DNA from: Gammaproteobacteria bacterium
Lineage (GTDB): Bacteria > Pseudomonadota > Gammaproteobacteria > GCA-001735895
Assembly: GCA_015494335.1 (NCBI GenBank)
Contig: WGBK01000432.1
Coordinates: forward strand, 1-33,236
Direction of reading: 5' to 3'
DNA length: 33,236 nt
The notes below the pieces were generated by a model. That model was not told where the DNA came from, made no database searches, and worked only from the letters and a program-made list of their open reading frames with translations. The position numbers were made by a program, and so were the translations under genes. Shown here piece after piece: positions 25,376-33,236 of the stretch (position 1 is its first letter; each line of letters opens with the position of its first letter).

Positions 25376-25891
25376 TCAAGGCGGAGCCGCCGACACCGTC
25401 AGGCGCAGGCGTCGCGAGACGTAATCGGGGTTGGCCATGCCGCCGCTGGCGTAGCTGCCACTCTCCGCCAGCGCGGTGATGCGGTAGAACTGCAGGGTAT
25501 CGGTGGCTTCCACATGGGTCGAGCTGCTGCATTCCAGGGTCACGCGGAAAGCCCTCAGCGCATCCTCGTCACTGCCGAAATTGAGTGTCTCGGAGGCCGG
25601 GCATATGCCCGATTGCAGGGCCCGGTAGGCCGCATAGTCCAGGCCGCTGCGCGCGGCCTGCATCGCACGGGCGCCCTGCACCGCCATTGCCAAGGTACTG
25701 TGTTGCACCACCGCCAGGCTGACCATGTAGGCCATCAGCGAGGCCAGCACTACCAGCAGGAAGATGGCCGTGATCAGGGAAAAACCTTGTTGTTTGTTAG
25801 CCCGCCTATCTCTCCACTGTTCGTGGCGAGGCGAACCAATGGCACGGCAGGAGGGTGGTGAGATATGCGGGTCAGGGTGCATTGTTGACAT
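25376..25891 (-). CDS. Pilin-like protein without Glu+5, MshP-like position, 171 aa
   Basis: Hydrophobic N-terminal segment QQG|FSLITAIFLLVVLASLMAYMV with Thr at +5, preceded by a ~35-aa extension, so the start may be mis-set. It is the last gene of the minor-pilin run and overlaps the upstream gene by 20 nt. Confidence 0.55.
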   Translation of the reverse strand: MSTMHPDPHISPPSCRAIGSPRHEQWRDRRANKQQGFSLITAIFLLVVLASLMAYMVSLAVVQHSTLAMAVQGARAMQAARSGLDYAAYRALQSGICPASETLNFGSDEDALRAFRVTLECSSSTHVEATDTLQFYRITALAESGSYASGGMANPDYVSRRLRLTVSAAPP

Positions 25892-26750
25892 GAACCTGGT
25901 GCAGCAGCGACACGCGGCCGCCGCGAGGATCGGAAAGCCCGAGGCGCAGGCTTACCAGGCCGCTGCGCAGGGCGCTGCCCGGCTGGTAGAGGATGCCGCA
26001 GGCATCCACCTGACGCGCCATCGGCGCGATTTCGACGCCGGACCGCGCCGCAAGCTCGGCATCCGTGTCGATGGCGTTCTGGCTGGCCACGAAACCGTAG
26101 CCGGCGTATCGCGTCAGGCGGCCTGTGGCGGCATCGCAGACATAGCTGACCGGTCCGTCCACGGCATAGATCCGCTGTGCCGGCGAGGCCAGCGAAAACT
26201 GCTGGGCAGTGTCGAGCTGTACACGCTGCTCGCTGCCGTTTGCGACGATGCTGAAACCGGGCTGACTGACCACGCCGGGATTGCTGCCCGCGGCCGCCTG
26301 CGGATAGATCTGCCAGGGCGCGGTGTTGTAGACCACAAGGCGATAACCGGGCCAGCTGCTGGCCGAAGCCAGGCGACTGAACCCGCCCAACAGGTTGAAG
26401 GCGGCGTCGGGACCGCTGAACTCCAGACGATCGTCCGCGCCGCTGAACCCGCCGCCGCTCTGGTCGCGATAGCGCGCGGCATCGACCGTAGAAACCAATT
26501 CCAGCGCCCAGCCGTTGGGCGAGTTGTCGACCACGCGCAGGCTGTTGGGCAGGGCATGGCGGATATCGGTGGCAAGCCGACGCAGGGACATCTCGGCGCT
26601 GTCCACCAGCATCTGCCGCCGCTGCTGATCCTGATAGGCTTCGATGGGCCGGTTGATCAGCAAGCCGGCACCGGTGGCCAGGATGCCGAGCAGCACCATC
26701 ACCACGATCAGCTCGATCAGGGTAAAACCCCGTGTCGATGAGCCGCCCAT
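25872..26750 (-). CDS. Large minor pilin-like protein, MshO/PilW-like position, 292 aa
   Basis: The ATG at 26750 overlaps the upstream stop (ATGA). Class III signal MGGSSTRG|FTLIELIVVMVLLGILA with Glu at +5. Size and position after two small pseudopilins match MshO of MSHA loci. Confidence 0.65.
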   Translation of the reverse strand: MGGSSTRGFTLIELIVVMVLLGILATGAGLLINRPIEAYQDQQRRQMLVDSAEMSLRRLATDIRHALPNSLRVVDNSPNGWALELVSTVDAARYRDQSGGGFSGADDRLEFSGPDAAFNLLGGFSRLASASSWPGYRLVVYNTAPWQIYPQAAAGSNPGVVSQPGFSIVANGSEQRVQLDTAQQFSLASPAQRIYAVDGPVSYVCDAATGRLTRYAGYGFVASQNAIDTDAELAARSGVEIAPMARQVDACGILYQPGSALRSGLVSLRLGLSDPRGGRVSLLHQVHVNNAP

Positions 26751-27226
26751 CACCAGGCCGTCCGGTAGCCCGACAAGCGGATCGGGTCGATGGCGGGATG
26801 ATCCACGACCACATCGATGCGCCGCGCCCGGCTGGCCGCCAGTGCGCCGAGAGCGTGGGGTTGCACGGTCACGGTGACCTGGTAGTCGGCCAGTTCGGGC
26901 AGGGCCGTGCCCTGCTGATCGGCCGGGGCGTGGTTGGCGGGCAGGGCGTTGTAGTCCTGCACATCATCGAAATCGGCGCGGGTCTCGCCGGCCTCGCTGC
27001 TGCCCGTCTCCGCCGCACAGGCGGGCATGTCCTCGCAGAAGGCCTTCAGCTCGATCTCTTCCAGATAGGCTTCGGCGATGGCCAGGGCCTGCTCGCGAAT
27101 CATCGGGTCGGCGCTACGCGAAACCAGGGCCGTGAACACGCCCGTCATCGCGGTCGCCGCCAGCGCCACGACCAGGATGGTCACCAGCAGTTCGATCAAC
27201 GTGAAGCCATTCGATTCAAAGCGCAT
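26750..27226 (-). CDS. Small minor pilin-like protein, MshD/GspI-PilV-like position, 158 aa
   Basis: The ATG at 27226 gives MRFESNG|FTLIELLVTILVVALAATAM. The track start at 27253 is an extension. It overlaps the upstream gene by 11 nt. Confidence 0.7.
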   Translation of the reverse strand: MRFESNGFTLIELLVTILVVALAATAMTGVFTALVSRSADPMIREQALAIAEAYLEEIELKAFCEDMPACAAETGSSEAGETRADFDDVQDYNALPANHAPADQQGTALPELADYQVTVTVQPHALGALAASRARRIDVVVDHPAIDPIRLSGYRTAW

Positions 27227-27698
27227 CGACCCACCCCGACAAGCGATGCACAATCAGGCTGCGGCCGTCGATGGTGAAGGTCTGATCGGCACTGATGCCT
27301 TCCACCGTCGAATCGGGCGCGAACACCAGGTTCTTCACCGGCGCGATGCTGCTGACCGCCGGCGCCGTGCGCTGGTAGGGCTGGTCGCGTTGCGCCGGAT
27401 CCCGTACCGGCAGGCTGAAGCTTGCGGAATTGCAGCTGTCGCCCTGCCACAACTGCCAGCCGCTGCTGTCGATACGCGCCTGCACCCGGCAACCGGTGGC
27501 CACGGCCAGCTTCTGGGCGTAACGCAGGCCGTTGACCGTCTCGTTGAAAAAGCCGAGGGAACGATAGCCGTCCATGCCGCCAATGCGGCCCAGAGCCACC
27601 ACGCCGAGGATACCGAGCAGCATCATCACCGCGATCAGCTCGATCAGCGAGAAGCCGCGCGCGGGATATCGATTTCCGGCTTGCAAAAGCAAATTCAT
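27216..27698 (-). CDS. Minor pilin-like protein, MshC / GspH-FimT-like position, 160 aa
   Basis: Class III signal MNLLLQAGNRYPARG|FSLIELIAVMMLLGILG. It is the first gene of the minus-strand minor-pilin run and is divergent from the major pilin gene. Confidence 0.7.
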   Translation of the reverse strand: MNLLLQAGNRYPARGFSLIELIAVMMLLGILGVVALGRIGGMDGYRSLGFFNETVNGLRYAQKLAVATGCRVQARIDSSGWQLWQGDSCNSASFSLPVRDPAQRDQPYQRTAPAVSSIAPVKNLVFAPDSTVEGISADQTFTIDGRSLIVHRLSGWVDAL

Positions 27699-27830
27699 GG
27701 GCTATCGTCAGTTGGGAAACAAAGTTAAAGTCGAATCTGAAGTTGGATCTCAAGTATAGGATCTGGCTGGAGAAAGTAAAAAAACACCGTTTTTCCGATC
27801 ATCCATCATCTCTACAGGGGTAAGACTCTC
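27699..27830. promoter_or_regulatory. AT-rich divergent intergenic region (promoters for the major pilin gene and the minor-pilin operon expected here)
   Basis: A 132-nt gap between divergent start codons, clearly AT-richer than the flanks, with an A7 run. AGGGG lies 11 nt before ATG 27831. I could not identify a convincing -35/-10 or -24/-12 pair. Confidence 0.4.
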
Positions 27831-28280
27831 ATGAAAACAACGCATATCCGTCCCGGACAGTCCGGTTTCACCTTGATCGAACTGGTCGTGGTCATCGTTC
27901 TGCTGGGCATCCTCGGCGTGACCGCGCTGGGCAAGTTCCAGGATCTGTCGACCCAGGCCGCCGACGCCGCCGAACAGGGCGTGGCTTCCGAGCTGTCCTC
28001 GGCCGCAGCCATCAATTACGCCGCGGATGTCGTAGGCACAGGCACCTCGGTCTCCATCACCGCGGTCGATTGCGTCTCGACCGGCACCGCACCCTCCACC
28101 ACCCTTGACAACCTGATGGCTACCGGCAGCGCGCCGACCACGAACTACGAGTATTCGGTTGCCGGTGGCGCAACCGAAGGCGCAGCCTGCAACGCCGGGG
28201 ACACCTTCCTCTGCAGCGTGAGAAACACCAACGGCGACAATACCGTGGACGCCACGGCCACCATCATCTGCACCAACTGA
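27831..28280 (+). CDS. mshA: Type IVa-style major pilin, MshA-like, 149 aa
   Basis: MKTTHIRPGQSG|FTLIELVVVIVLLGILGVTALGKFQDL with Glu at +5. Small, Ala/Thr/Gly-rich, with 4 Cys including a C-terminal pair (FLCSV...IICTN). It is followed by two hairpin terminators. The symbol is given by locus context only. Confidence 0.8.
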   Translation: MKTTHIRPGQSGFTLIELVVVIVLLGILGVTALGKFQDLSTQAADAAEQGVASELSSAAAINYAADVVGTGTSVSITAVDCVSTGTAPSTTLDNLMATGSAPTTNYEYSVAGGATEGAACNAGDTFLCSVRNTNGDNTVDATATIICTN

Positions 28281-28296
28281 GTCCGATCCAACGGAC

Positions 28297-28317
28297 CGGG
28301 GCGAAAGCCCCGATTTT
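28297..28317 (+). terminator. Rho-independent terminator of the major pilin gene
   Basis: Stem CGGGGC (28297-28302) / GCCCCG (28307-28312), GAAA tetraloop, then ATTTT. It starts 17 nt after the pilin stop. Confidence 0.75.
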
Positions 28318-28321
28318 CAAG

Positions 28322-28354
28322 GGCCGCCGCGCTGTTTCAGCCGGCGGCCTTTTT
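28322..28354 (+). terminator. Second hairpin with T-run, overlapping the 3' end of the convergent mshF-like CDS
   Basis: Stem GGCCGCCG (28322-28329) / CGGCGGCC (28342-28349), a 12-nt loop and T5 (28350-28354). The minus-strand stop codon at 28337-28339 lies in the loop. Confidence 0.5.
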
Positions 28355-28834
28355 CATGCCCAGTCCTTCGAGCACATCCCGACCCGGATCGAACCGGCCA
28401 TCGCCATCGAGATCCCGGTAACGCAGGCGCAGCTGCCAGGCTTCGGGCAGCCATTGTTCGCCATCAAACCAGCGCAAAGTCCTGTTGCGGGTATCGAAAT
28501 ACCAGCCCGGCTCCCGGGCCTGCTTCTCGTTCCCGATCTCGCCCCGGTAGGTTTTTGGCGGCTGGAAACCGCCTTCCTGAGACAACAGACGGAAGGGATT
28601 GGCTTGATCGAAACGGGCCAGCCGGTCGAGCCGGCCCTCGCTGGCGGCCTTCAGCAGGCGCAGGCCCAGCAGGGCATTGAGCTGGCCTATCGTCTGTTGC
28701 CGCGCGGTCTGCTGCACCTGTTCGGAGAGCCGGTCGGCACGATCGAGAAACAGGGCCGCCAGTATCGACACCAGGATCACCACCAGCAGCGAGCGCAGCA
28801 GCAGCGTTCCGGGCAGGCCCCGCAAGCGGTTCAT
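28337..28834 (-). CDS. Small bitopic protein in the MshF position, 165 aa
   Basis: The ATG at 28834 overlaps the mshG stop (ATGA). N-terminal TM LLLRSLLVVILVSILAALFL. The track start at 29374 is a shadow-frame extension inside mshG. The assignment is positional only. Confidence 0.5.
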   Translation of the reverse strand: MNRLRGLPGTLLLRSLLVVILVSILAALFLDRADRLSEQVQQTARQQTIGQLNALLGLRLLKAASEGRLDRLARFDQANPFRLLSQEGGFQPPKTYRGEIGNEKQAREPGWYFDTRNRTLRWFDGEQWLPEAWQLRLRYRDLDGDGRFDPGRDVLEGLGMKKAAG

Positions 28835-30054
28835 CGTCTCGCCAGTTGAGTGATATCCCACATGGGCACGAAGATACCCAGGGCCAGCACCAGCACCAGG
28901 GCCCCGATCAGCACATAGATCACCGGCTCGATGCGGTCGGCCAGGGTCTTGATGTCGTAATCCACCTCTTCCTCGTAGAAGTCTGCGATATAGGTCATCA
29001 TCTCCTGGAGGTTCCCGGCTTCCTCGCCGACGGCGAACATCTGCATCACCACGGGCGTGAACATCTCGGTGCGTTGGGCGGAGCGGGTCAGGGTATCGCC
29101 GCGCTCGATGCCCTCGCGCATGCCGGCCACATGACGGCCGATATAGTCGTTGCCGATGGAACGCGCGATCACCCCCATGCCCTGCACGATCGGCACGCCG
29201 GCGCCATAGGCCATGGCAAAGGAGCGGGCGAAACGCGACAGGTAGGCACGCAGCAGGATGTCGCCGAACAGCGGCGCGCGCAGCACGAATCGATGCCAGC
29301 GATAGCGCCCGTCCTCGGTGGAGATCCAGTAGCGGAATCCGGCCCAGGCCGCGAGCAGCCCGCCGAGCAGCCACGGCCAGTATTCGGTAAAGAATTTCGA
29401 GGTGTTCAGCAGCAACACCGTCTGCCAGGGCAGCTCCAGGTGGTTGGCCTCGAAGAAGGCCGCGAACTTGGGGATCACGAACAGGTTGACGATGACCAGC
29501 GCTATGGCGATGGCGGCGATGACGATCATCGGATAGCGCAGGGCGGCCTTGATATTCTGGTTCATCTTGCGGTTGCGCTCGATGTAGCCGGCCATCTGGC
29601 TGAAGGCATGATCCAGCTGGCCGGTGCTCTCGCCGACCTGGATGATGCTCACATAAAGATTGCTGAACACCTTCGGATGGCGGGCGAAGGCCATCGACAG
29701 GGGACGACCGGATTCGAGCTGGGTCAGGGTATCCTCCAGCGCGCGGATCAGCAGCGGATTGCGCACGCTGTCGAGGATGCCGCTAATGGCGCGGGTCAGC
29801 GGGATGCCCGCCTTGTTCAGCGCCGCCATCTGGCGGGTGAACATCAGCAGTTCCTCGACGCTGATCCGGTACAGGTCGAAACGGGTCATGATCTGGTCAA
29901 TCACGTCCGCCTGCTGCTGCTTCTCGCGGATCTGCAGCGGGATCACGCCCTTGTCCATCAACTGCTCGGCCAGGGCTGCCGGAGACTGGGCATCGCGTTC
30001 GCCCTCGACCAGCTGGCCGTCGTTGCTGCGTCCCTTGAACTGAAAGCGCGGCAT
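28831..30054 (-). CDS. mshG: GspF/PilC-family platform protein, MshG-like, 407 aa
   Basis: Two GspF repeats (ELLMFTRQMAALNKAGIPLTRAI...; YLSRFARSFAMAYGAGVPIVQGM...VVMQMFAVGEEAGNLQEMM) and three TM segments. Its ATG overlaps the mshE stop (ATGA at 30052-30056). Confidence 0.9.
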   Translation of the reverse strand: MPRFQFKGRSNDGQLVEGERDAQSPAALAEQLMDKGVIPLQIREKQQQADVIDQIMTRFDLYRISVEELLMFTRQMAALNKAGIPLTRAISGILDSVRNPLLIRALEDTLTQLESGRPLSMAFARHPKVFSNLYVSIIQVGESTGQLDHAFSQMAGYIERNRKMNQNIKAALRYPMIVIAAIAIALVIVNLFVIPKFAAFFEANHLELPWQTVLLLNTSKFFTEYWPWLLGGLLAAWAGFRYWISTEDGRYRWHRFVLRAPLFGDILLRAYLSRFARSFAMAYGAGVPIVQGMGVIARSIGNDYIGRHVAGMREGIERGDTLTRSAQRTEMFTPVVMQMFAVGEEAGNLQEMMTYIADFYEEEVDYDIKTLADRIEPVIYVLIGALVLVLALGIFVPMWDITQLARR

Positions 30055-31802
30055 CAGTCGTCGAGCTCCAGTTCGAGATCCAGCGGCGTTTCCTCGATCA
30101 GCTCCTCGCGCGACTGGCCGGCCAGACGCAGCACTTCGTCCAGCGTCGTCAGCCCCTCAATGGCGTACTGATGGGCCTCGTTGATCAGCGGCCGGTAACC
30201 GGGCGCGCGCCCGGCGGCCTCGACGAATTCCTGAGTGTCCTCGCGACGCAGGGCCTCGGCCAGCTCGGAGTTCATTTCCAGCAGCTCGTACACGCCGATG
30301 CGGCCCCGATAGCCGGTGAATCCGCAATGCAGGCAGCCCTTGCCCTTCTTGTAGTGGTACTGGCTGGCATCCAGGTACAGCCGGTCGCGCAGCCAGGTGG
30401 CTTCGTAGATGTCCGGCTGGTAGTCCTCGGCGCAGCTCTCGCAGACCCGGCGCACCAGACGCTGCGCCAGCACCGCACGCAGGGTGGTGGCGAGCAGATA
30501 ACCCTCGACGCCCATGTCGAGCAGGCGGGTGGCGGTGGATACGGTATCGTTGGTGTGCAGCGTGGACAGCACCAGGTGACCGGTCATCGCGGCGCTGACG
30601 CCGATCTCGACGGTTTCGCGGTCGCGCATCTCGCCGACCATGATGATATCCGGATCCTGGCGCAGCGCGGAACGCAGCACCGCGGCGAAATTGAGGCCAA
30701 TCTTCGGCTGTACCTGCACCTGGTTGATGCGCTGCATGCGGTATTCCACCGGGTCCTCGACCGTGATGATCTTGCTTTGAGGCTGGTTCAGCAGTTTCAG
30801 CGCGGCGTAGAGGGTGGTGGTCTTGCCCGAACCGGTGGGGCCGGTTACCAGCACCATGCCGTGGGGCTGGTGGATCTGCTTGCGGAATCGGTGCAGCAAC
30901 TCGTCACGCATGCCCAGTTGCTCGATATCCAGCGCGCCGCGGGTCTGGTCGAGCAGTCGCATCACCACCGATTCGCCGTACTGCACCGGCATGGTGGAGA
31001 TACGCACATCGATCTCGCGACCGTTGACGGTCATGTTGAAACGCCCGTCCTGGGGCAGCCGTTTCTCCGAGATATTGAGACCGGCCATCAGCTTGAGACG
31101 CACCACCACCGCCGGCGCAATCTGGATCTCCTTCATCTCCTGCTCGTGCAGCACGCCGTCGACGCGCTGACGGATGCGTATGACTTCCTTGTCCGGTTCG
31201 ATGTGGATGTCCGAGGCGCCGACCTGCACCGCGTCCTCGAAGATGGACTGCAGCAGCTTGGCCACCGGCGCATCGGTCATCTCCGCCTGCAGCAGGTCGC
31301 GCAGATCCTCGCTGCCGGAGGACAGTTCCTGGCCCAGCTCCTCGGCGAGAGCGCTGATTTCCTCGGTGCGGCGGTAGACGCGATCGAAGGCCTGCAACAG
31401 GTCGCGTTCGCGCACGATGGCCTGGCTCACCGGCTTCGGCAGCTTGGCCTGGATCTCGTCCAGGGCATAGAGATCGGTCGGGTCGGCCATGCCGACCAGG
31501 TAGTCGCGCGGCCGGTCCTCGAGCACGATGGCGCGATAGCGCCGGGCAATGCTCTCCGACAGCTGGCGCACCACCGATTCGTCGAAGCTGTAATTGGTCA
31601 GGTCGATCAGCGGGATGCCTAGCTGGCTCGACAGCAGGTTGAGTATGCTGTCCTCGTCGATCATGCCCAGTTCGATCAGCGTGCTGCCGAGCTTGCGGCC
31701 GAGCTTCTTCTGCTCCTTCAGGGCCAGGTCCAGCTGCTGCTCGGTGATCAGGCCGCTTTCGACCAGCAGGTCGCCGAGGCGGATCTTCTTGCCAAAGGCC
31801 AT
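30054..31802 (-). CDS. mshE: MshE-type assembly ATPase with MshEN domain, 582 aa
   Basis: The ATG at 31802 is preceded by GGGAGGG. The track start at 32219 is a shadow extension. Tandem motifs RLGDLLVESGLITEQQLDLALKEQ / KLGSTLIELGMIDEDSILNLLSSQ with the 5-residue spacer KKLGR. Walker A GPTGSGKTTT, ITVEDPVEY, DIIMVGEMRD, STLHTND, and a tetracysteine CESC...CLHC. Confidence 0.95.
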   Translation of the reverse strand: MAFGKKIRLGDLLVESGLITEQQLDLALKEQKKLGRKLGSTLIELGMIDEDSILNLLSSQLGIPLIDLTNYSFDESVVRQLSESIARRYRAIVLEDRPRDYLVGMADPTDLYALDEIQAKLPKPVSQAIVRERDLLQAFDRVYRRTEEISALAEELGQELSSGSEDLRDLLQAEMTDAPVAKLLQSIFEDAVQVGASDIHIEPDKEVIRIRQRVDGVLHEQEMKEIQIAPAVVVRLKLMAGLNISEKRLPQDGRFNMTVNGREIDVRISTMPVQYGESVVMRLLDQTRGALDIEQLGMRDELLHRFRKQIHQPHGMVLVTGPTGSGKTTTLYAALKLLNQPQSKIITVEDPVEYRMQRINQVQVQPKIGLNFAAVLRSALRQDPDIIMVGEMRDRETVEIGVSAAMTGHLVLSTLHTNDTVSTATRLLDMGVEGYLLATTLRAVLAQRLVRRVCESCAEDYQPDIYEATWLRDRLYLDASQYHYKKGKGCLHCGFTGYRGRIGVYELLEMNSELAEALRREDTQEFVEAAGRAPGYRPLINEAHQYAIEGLTTLDEVLRLAGQSREELIEETPLDLELELDD

Positions 31803-31803
31803 G

Positions 31804-33057
31804 TCATTGCCCTCCCGGTTCGGTGGCGGACCCCAGCAGCCGCAGACGCTCCGCGACAAAGGCCTCGAGGCGGTTCGACAGTCCGCCGAGAGCACGCGCG
31901 CGGTCATAGGCGGCCAGCGCTTCGGTCGGCCGTTGCAACTGTTCCAGCGACAGACCGAGGCCGACCCAGTGACGGGCCTCCGCGGGTTCGCGCTGCAACA
32001 GGCGACGATAGCTGGCAACGGCCTGCTGATATTGCCCCAGTCGCTGCCAGGCAAGGGCCAGCAGATCATCCTGACGCGGATCGTTGGCAAAGCGTCGCAC
32101 CAGTCCCGCATAGTCGCCGGCCCGGAACAGGGCATGTGCCCGGCGGCGCTGCTCCAGCGCCGGGGACGGCGCGGACCGGGCGACGCTGGCACGGATATCC
32201 AGTCTCGGCCTGGCATCATCCTCGGCCACGGGGCGCTCCGGTTCGGTACTCATTGCGGCGGCTGTTGCGGTTTTTTCCTGTACCCCGGTTGCAGGTGCGG
32301 GTTCCGCTGCGGTCTGCGGTTGATCGTTTGCCTTGGCGACGGCAGCAGCCACCGGCACTGTCTCCTTCGTGTCGGCTTCCGTCTCGGCTTCGATTCCGGT
32401 TTCAACGGTTGCGGTCGCCGGCTCCGGCTCCGTGGGCACCTGCAAGGTCAGAGTCCAGTTCTGACCGCCAGCAGGCCGGAGCTGGGTGGCGGTCTCGACG
32501 CTCACCCGCGGCTCGGTTTCCAGCGCGACCAGCAGATCGCCGTCACGGGGCTGCAGTTCGAGATGCCGGATCCAGGGATTGGCTCCAAGCACCGGGGTCT
32601 CGACCTCGCTGCGGCTGTTCCTGAGCACGAAGCGGTATTCGTTGCCCGACTGGCGCTGCAGGTAACTGGTGGTGGCCGCGGACAGCTCGAAGCGCAGGCT
32701 CAGCGAACGCAGGCCGCGATCCAGTTGCAGACCCTGCAGGAGGATGACCGTCGGTTTCGCATCCTTAGCTGGATCGGCTGTCGCGACTGCAAGGCTTTCT
32801 TTACCCTCGATCACCCCGGAAGAGGGTGCGACTTTCGGGTTCGGGGTCGAATTCGCCGTGGCGGTATCCCGTTCTGGTGCATACAGGGCCTGCAGCACCC
32901 CGCCAATCGCCAGCAATGCCGCAAGCCCGATCCAGGCGACAGGTCTGCGTCGGCCGGAATCCTGCCTGGCCGCGCCTCGCAGGGCCTCCGGCTCCACCAG
33001 GCGCAGCTGGGGTTCCTGCTGCTGCAGGTCGCGCAAGACCTGGTTGATGACGCTCAT
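31804..33057 (-). CDS. mshN: Bitopic TPR protein, MshN-like, with an AMIN-like middle domain, 417 aa
   Basis: The ATG at 33057 overlaps the upstream stop (ATGA). N-terminus MSVINQVLRDLQQQ, TM VAWIGLAALLAIGGVLQALY, a beta-rich middle domain, a Pro/Ala/Thr/Glu linker and a C-terminal TPR (WQRLGQYQQAVASYRRLLQREPAEARHWVGLGLSLEQLQRPTEALAAYDRA). Confidence 0.7.
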   Translation of the reverse strand: MSVINQVLRDLQQQEPQLRLVEPEALRGAARQDSGRRRPVAWIGLAALLAIGGVLQALYAPERDTATANSTPNPKVAPSSGVIEGKESLAVATADPAKDAKPTVILLQGLQLDRGLRSLSLRFELSAATTSYLQRQSGNEYRFVLRNSRSEVETPVLGANPWIRHLELQPRDGDLLVALETEPRVSVETATQLRPAGGQNWTLTLQVPTEPEPATATVETGIEAETEADTKETVPVAAAVAKANDQPQTAAEPAPATGVQEKTATAAAMSTEPERPVAEDDARPRLDIRASVARSAPSPALEQRRRAHALFRAGDYAGLVRRFANDPRQDDLLALAWQRLGQYQQAVASYRRLLQREPAEARHWVGLGLSLEQLQRPTEALAAYDRARALGGLSNRLEAFVAERLRLLGSATEPGGQ

Positions 33058-33236
33058 GCCGCGGCCTCCAGCTGTTCGCAATCGGCGGCGGCTCGGCGCA
33101 GCAAGTGCTTGTCGACCCGGAAGGCCGAGGATCCGTAGGCCAGCAGCAGGGACTTGTGGCAGAGCAGGTTGATCAGCCGCGGTACGCCCCGGCTGAGCCG
33201 GTACAGCTCCCGCAGCACCTGTGGATCGAACAGGGG
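33054..33236 (-). CDS. mshM: ExeA/MshM-like AAA+ ATPase, C-terminal 60 aa only (5' part outside the window)
   Basis: Not in the ORF track because it has no start in the window. The minus-strand frame reads PLFDPQVLRELYRLSRGVPRLINLLCHKSLLLAYGSSAFRVDKHLLRRAAADCEQLEAAA*. This aligns with SEGLLRRVNILADKMLLAAYASDTHTLTSKHLREAVEDSG of the cluster-A ExeA-like protein. It stops right after the ATPase module, with no TM or SPOR tail. Confidence 0.75.
   Translation of the reverse strand, partial: PLFDPQVLRELYRLSRGVPRLINLLCHKSLLLAYGSSAFRVDKHLLRRAAADCEQLEAAA

Noticed and set aside
27742-28292. An 8-bp inverted repeat, GTTGGATC (27742-27749) and GATCCAAC (28285-28292), flanks the inverted major pilin gene. 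This could be an invertible pilin switch.
   Set aside because: An 8-bp match between flanks of ~130 nt and ~55 nt is expected by chance at roughly the 10% level. No recombinase or invertase gene is nearby. Inversion would not obviously connect the gene to a promoter.

Overview
High-GC (roughly 60-65% on sampled lines) proteobacterial chromosomal segment. All homology calls are motif recognition by eye; no database search was possible. Left end (1-5.2 kb): the 3' part of a CDF metal transporter, then glnA-ntrB-ntrC with two NtrC-type palindromes and a clean glnA terminator. The remaining ~28 kb is almost entirely type IV filament (T4F) biology in three blocks. (i) 5.2-8.4 kb, minus strand: an ABC-2 permease gene, an unknown membrane-anchored helical protein and a Cys-free pilin-like gene with its own strong terminator, followed by the matching ABC ATPase. 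(ii) Cluster A: a multi-pass sensor kinase (8.4-10.1 kb, plus strand) and, on the minus strand from 25.2 to 10.1 kb, a tightly coupled 11-gene unit. Its order is sigma54 response regulator, ExeA/MshM-like AAA+ with TM and SPOR-like tail, lipoprotein secretin, GspB-N-terminus/acidic-repeat/TPR protein, MshEN-type ATPase, GspF-type platform, PilM+N (MshI/GspL-like) fusion, PilO/MshJ-like, MshK/PilP-like, and two low-GC Cys-rich pilin-like genes. (iii) Cluster B (25.4-33.2 kb): the ordinary distal half of an MSHA operon in the order M(partial)-N-E-G-F, major pilin on the opposite strand, then four minor pilin-like genes. The main candidate for something undescribed is cluster A with its flanking kinase and pilin/ABC-2 module: a rearranged MSH/T2SS-hybrid machine sitting next to a canonical MSHA locus. 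No tRNA, rRNA, CRISPR array, transposase or integrase was recognised.
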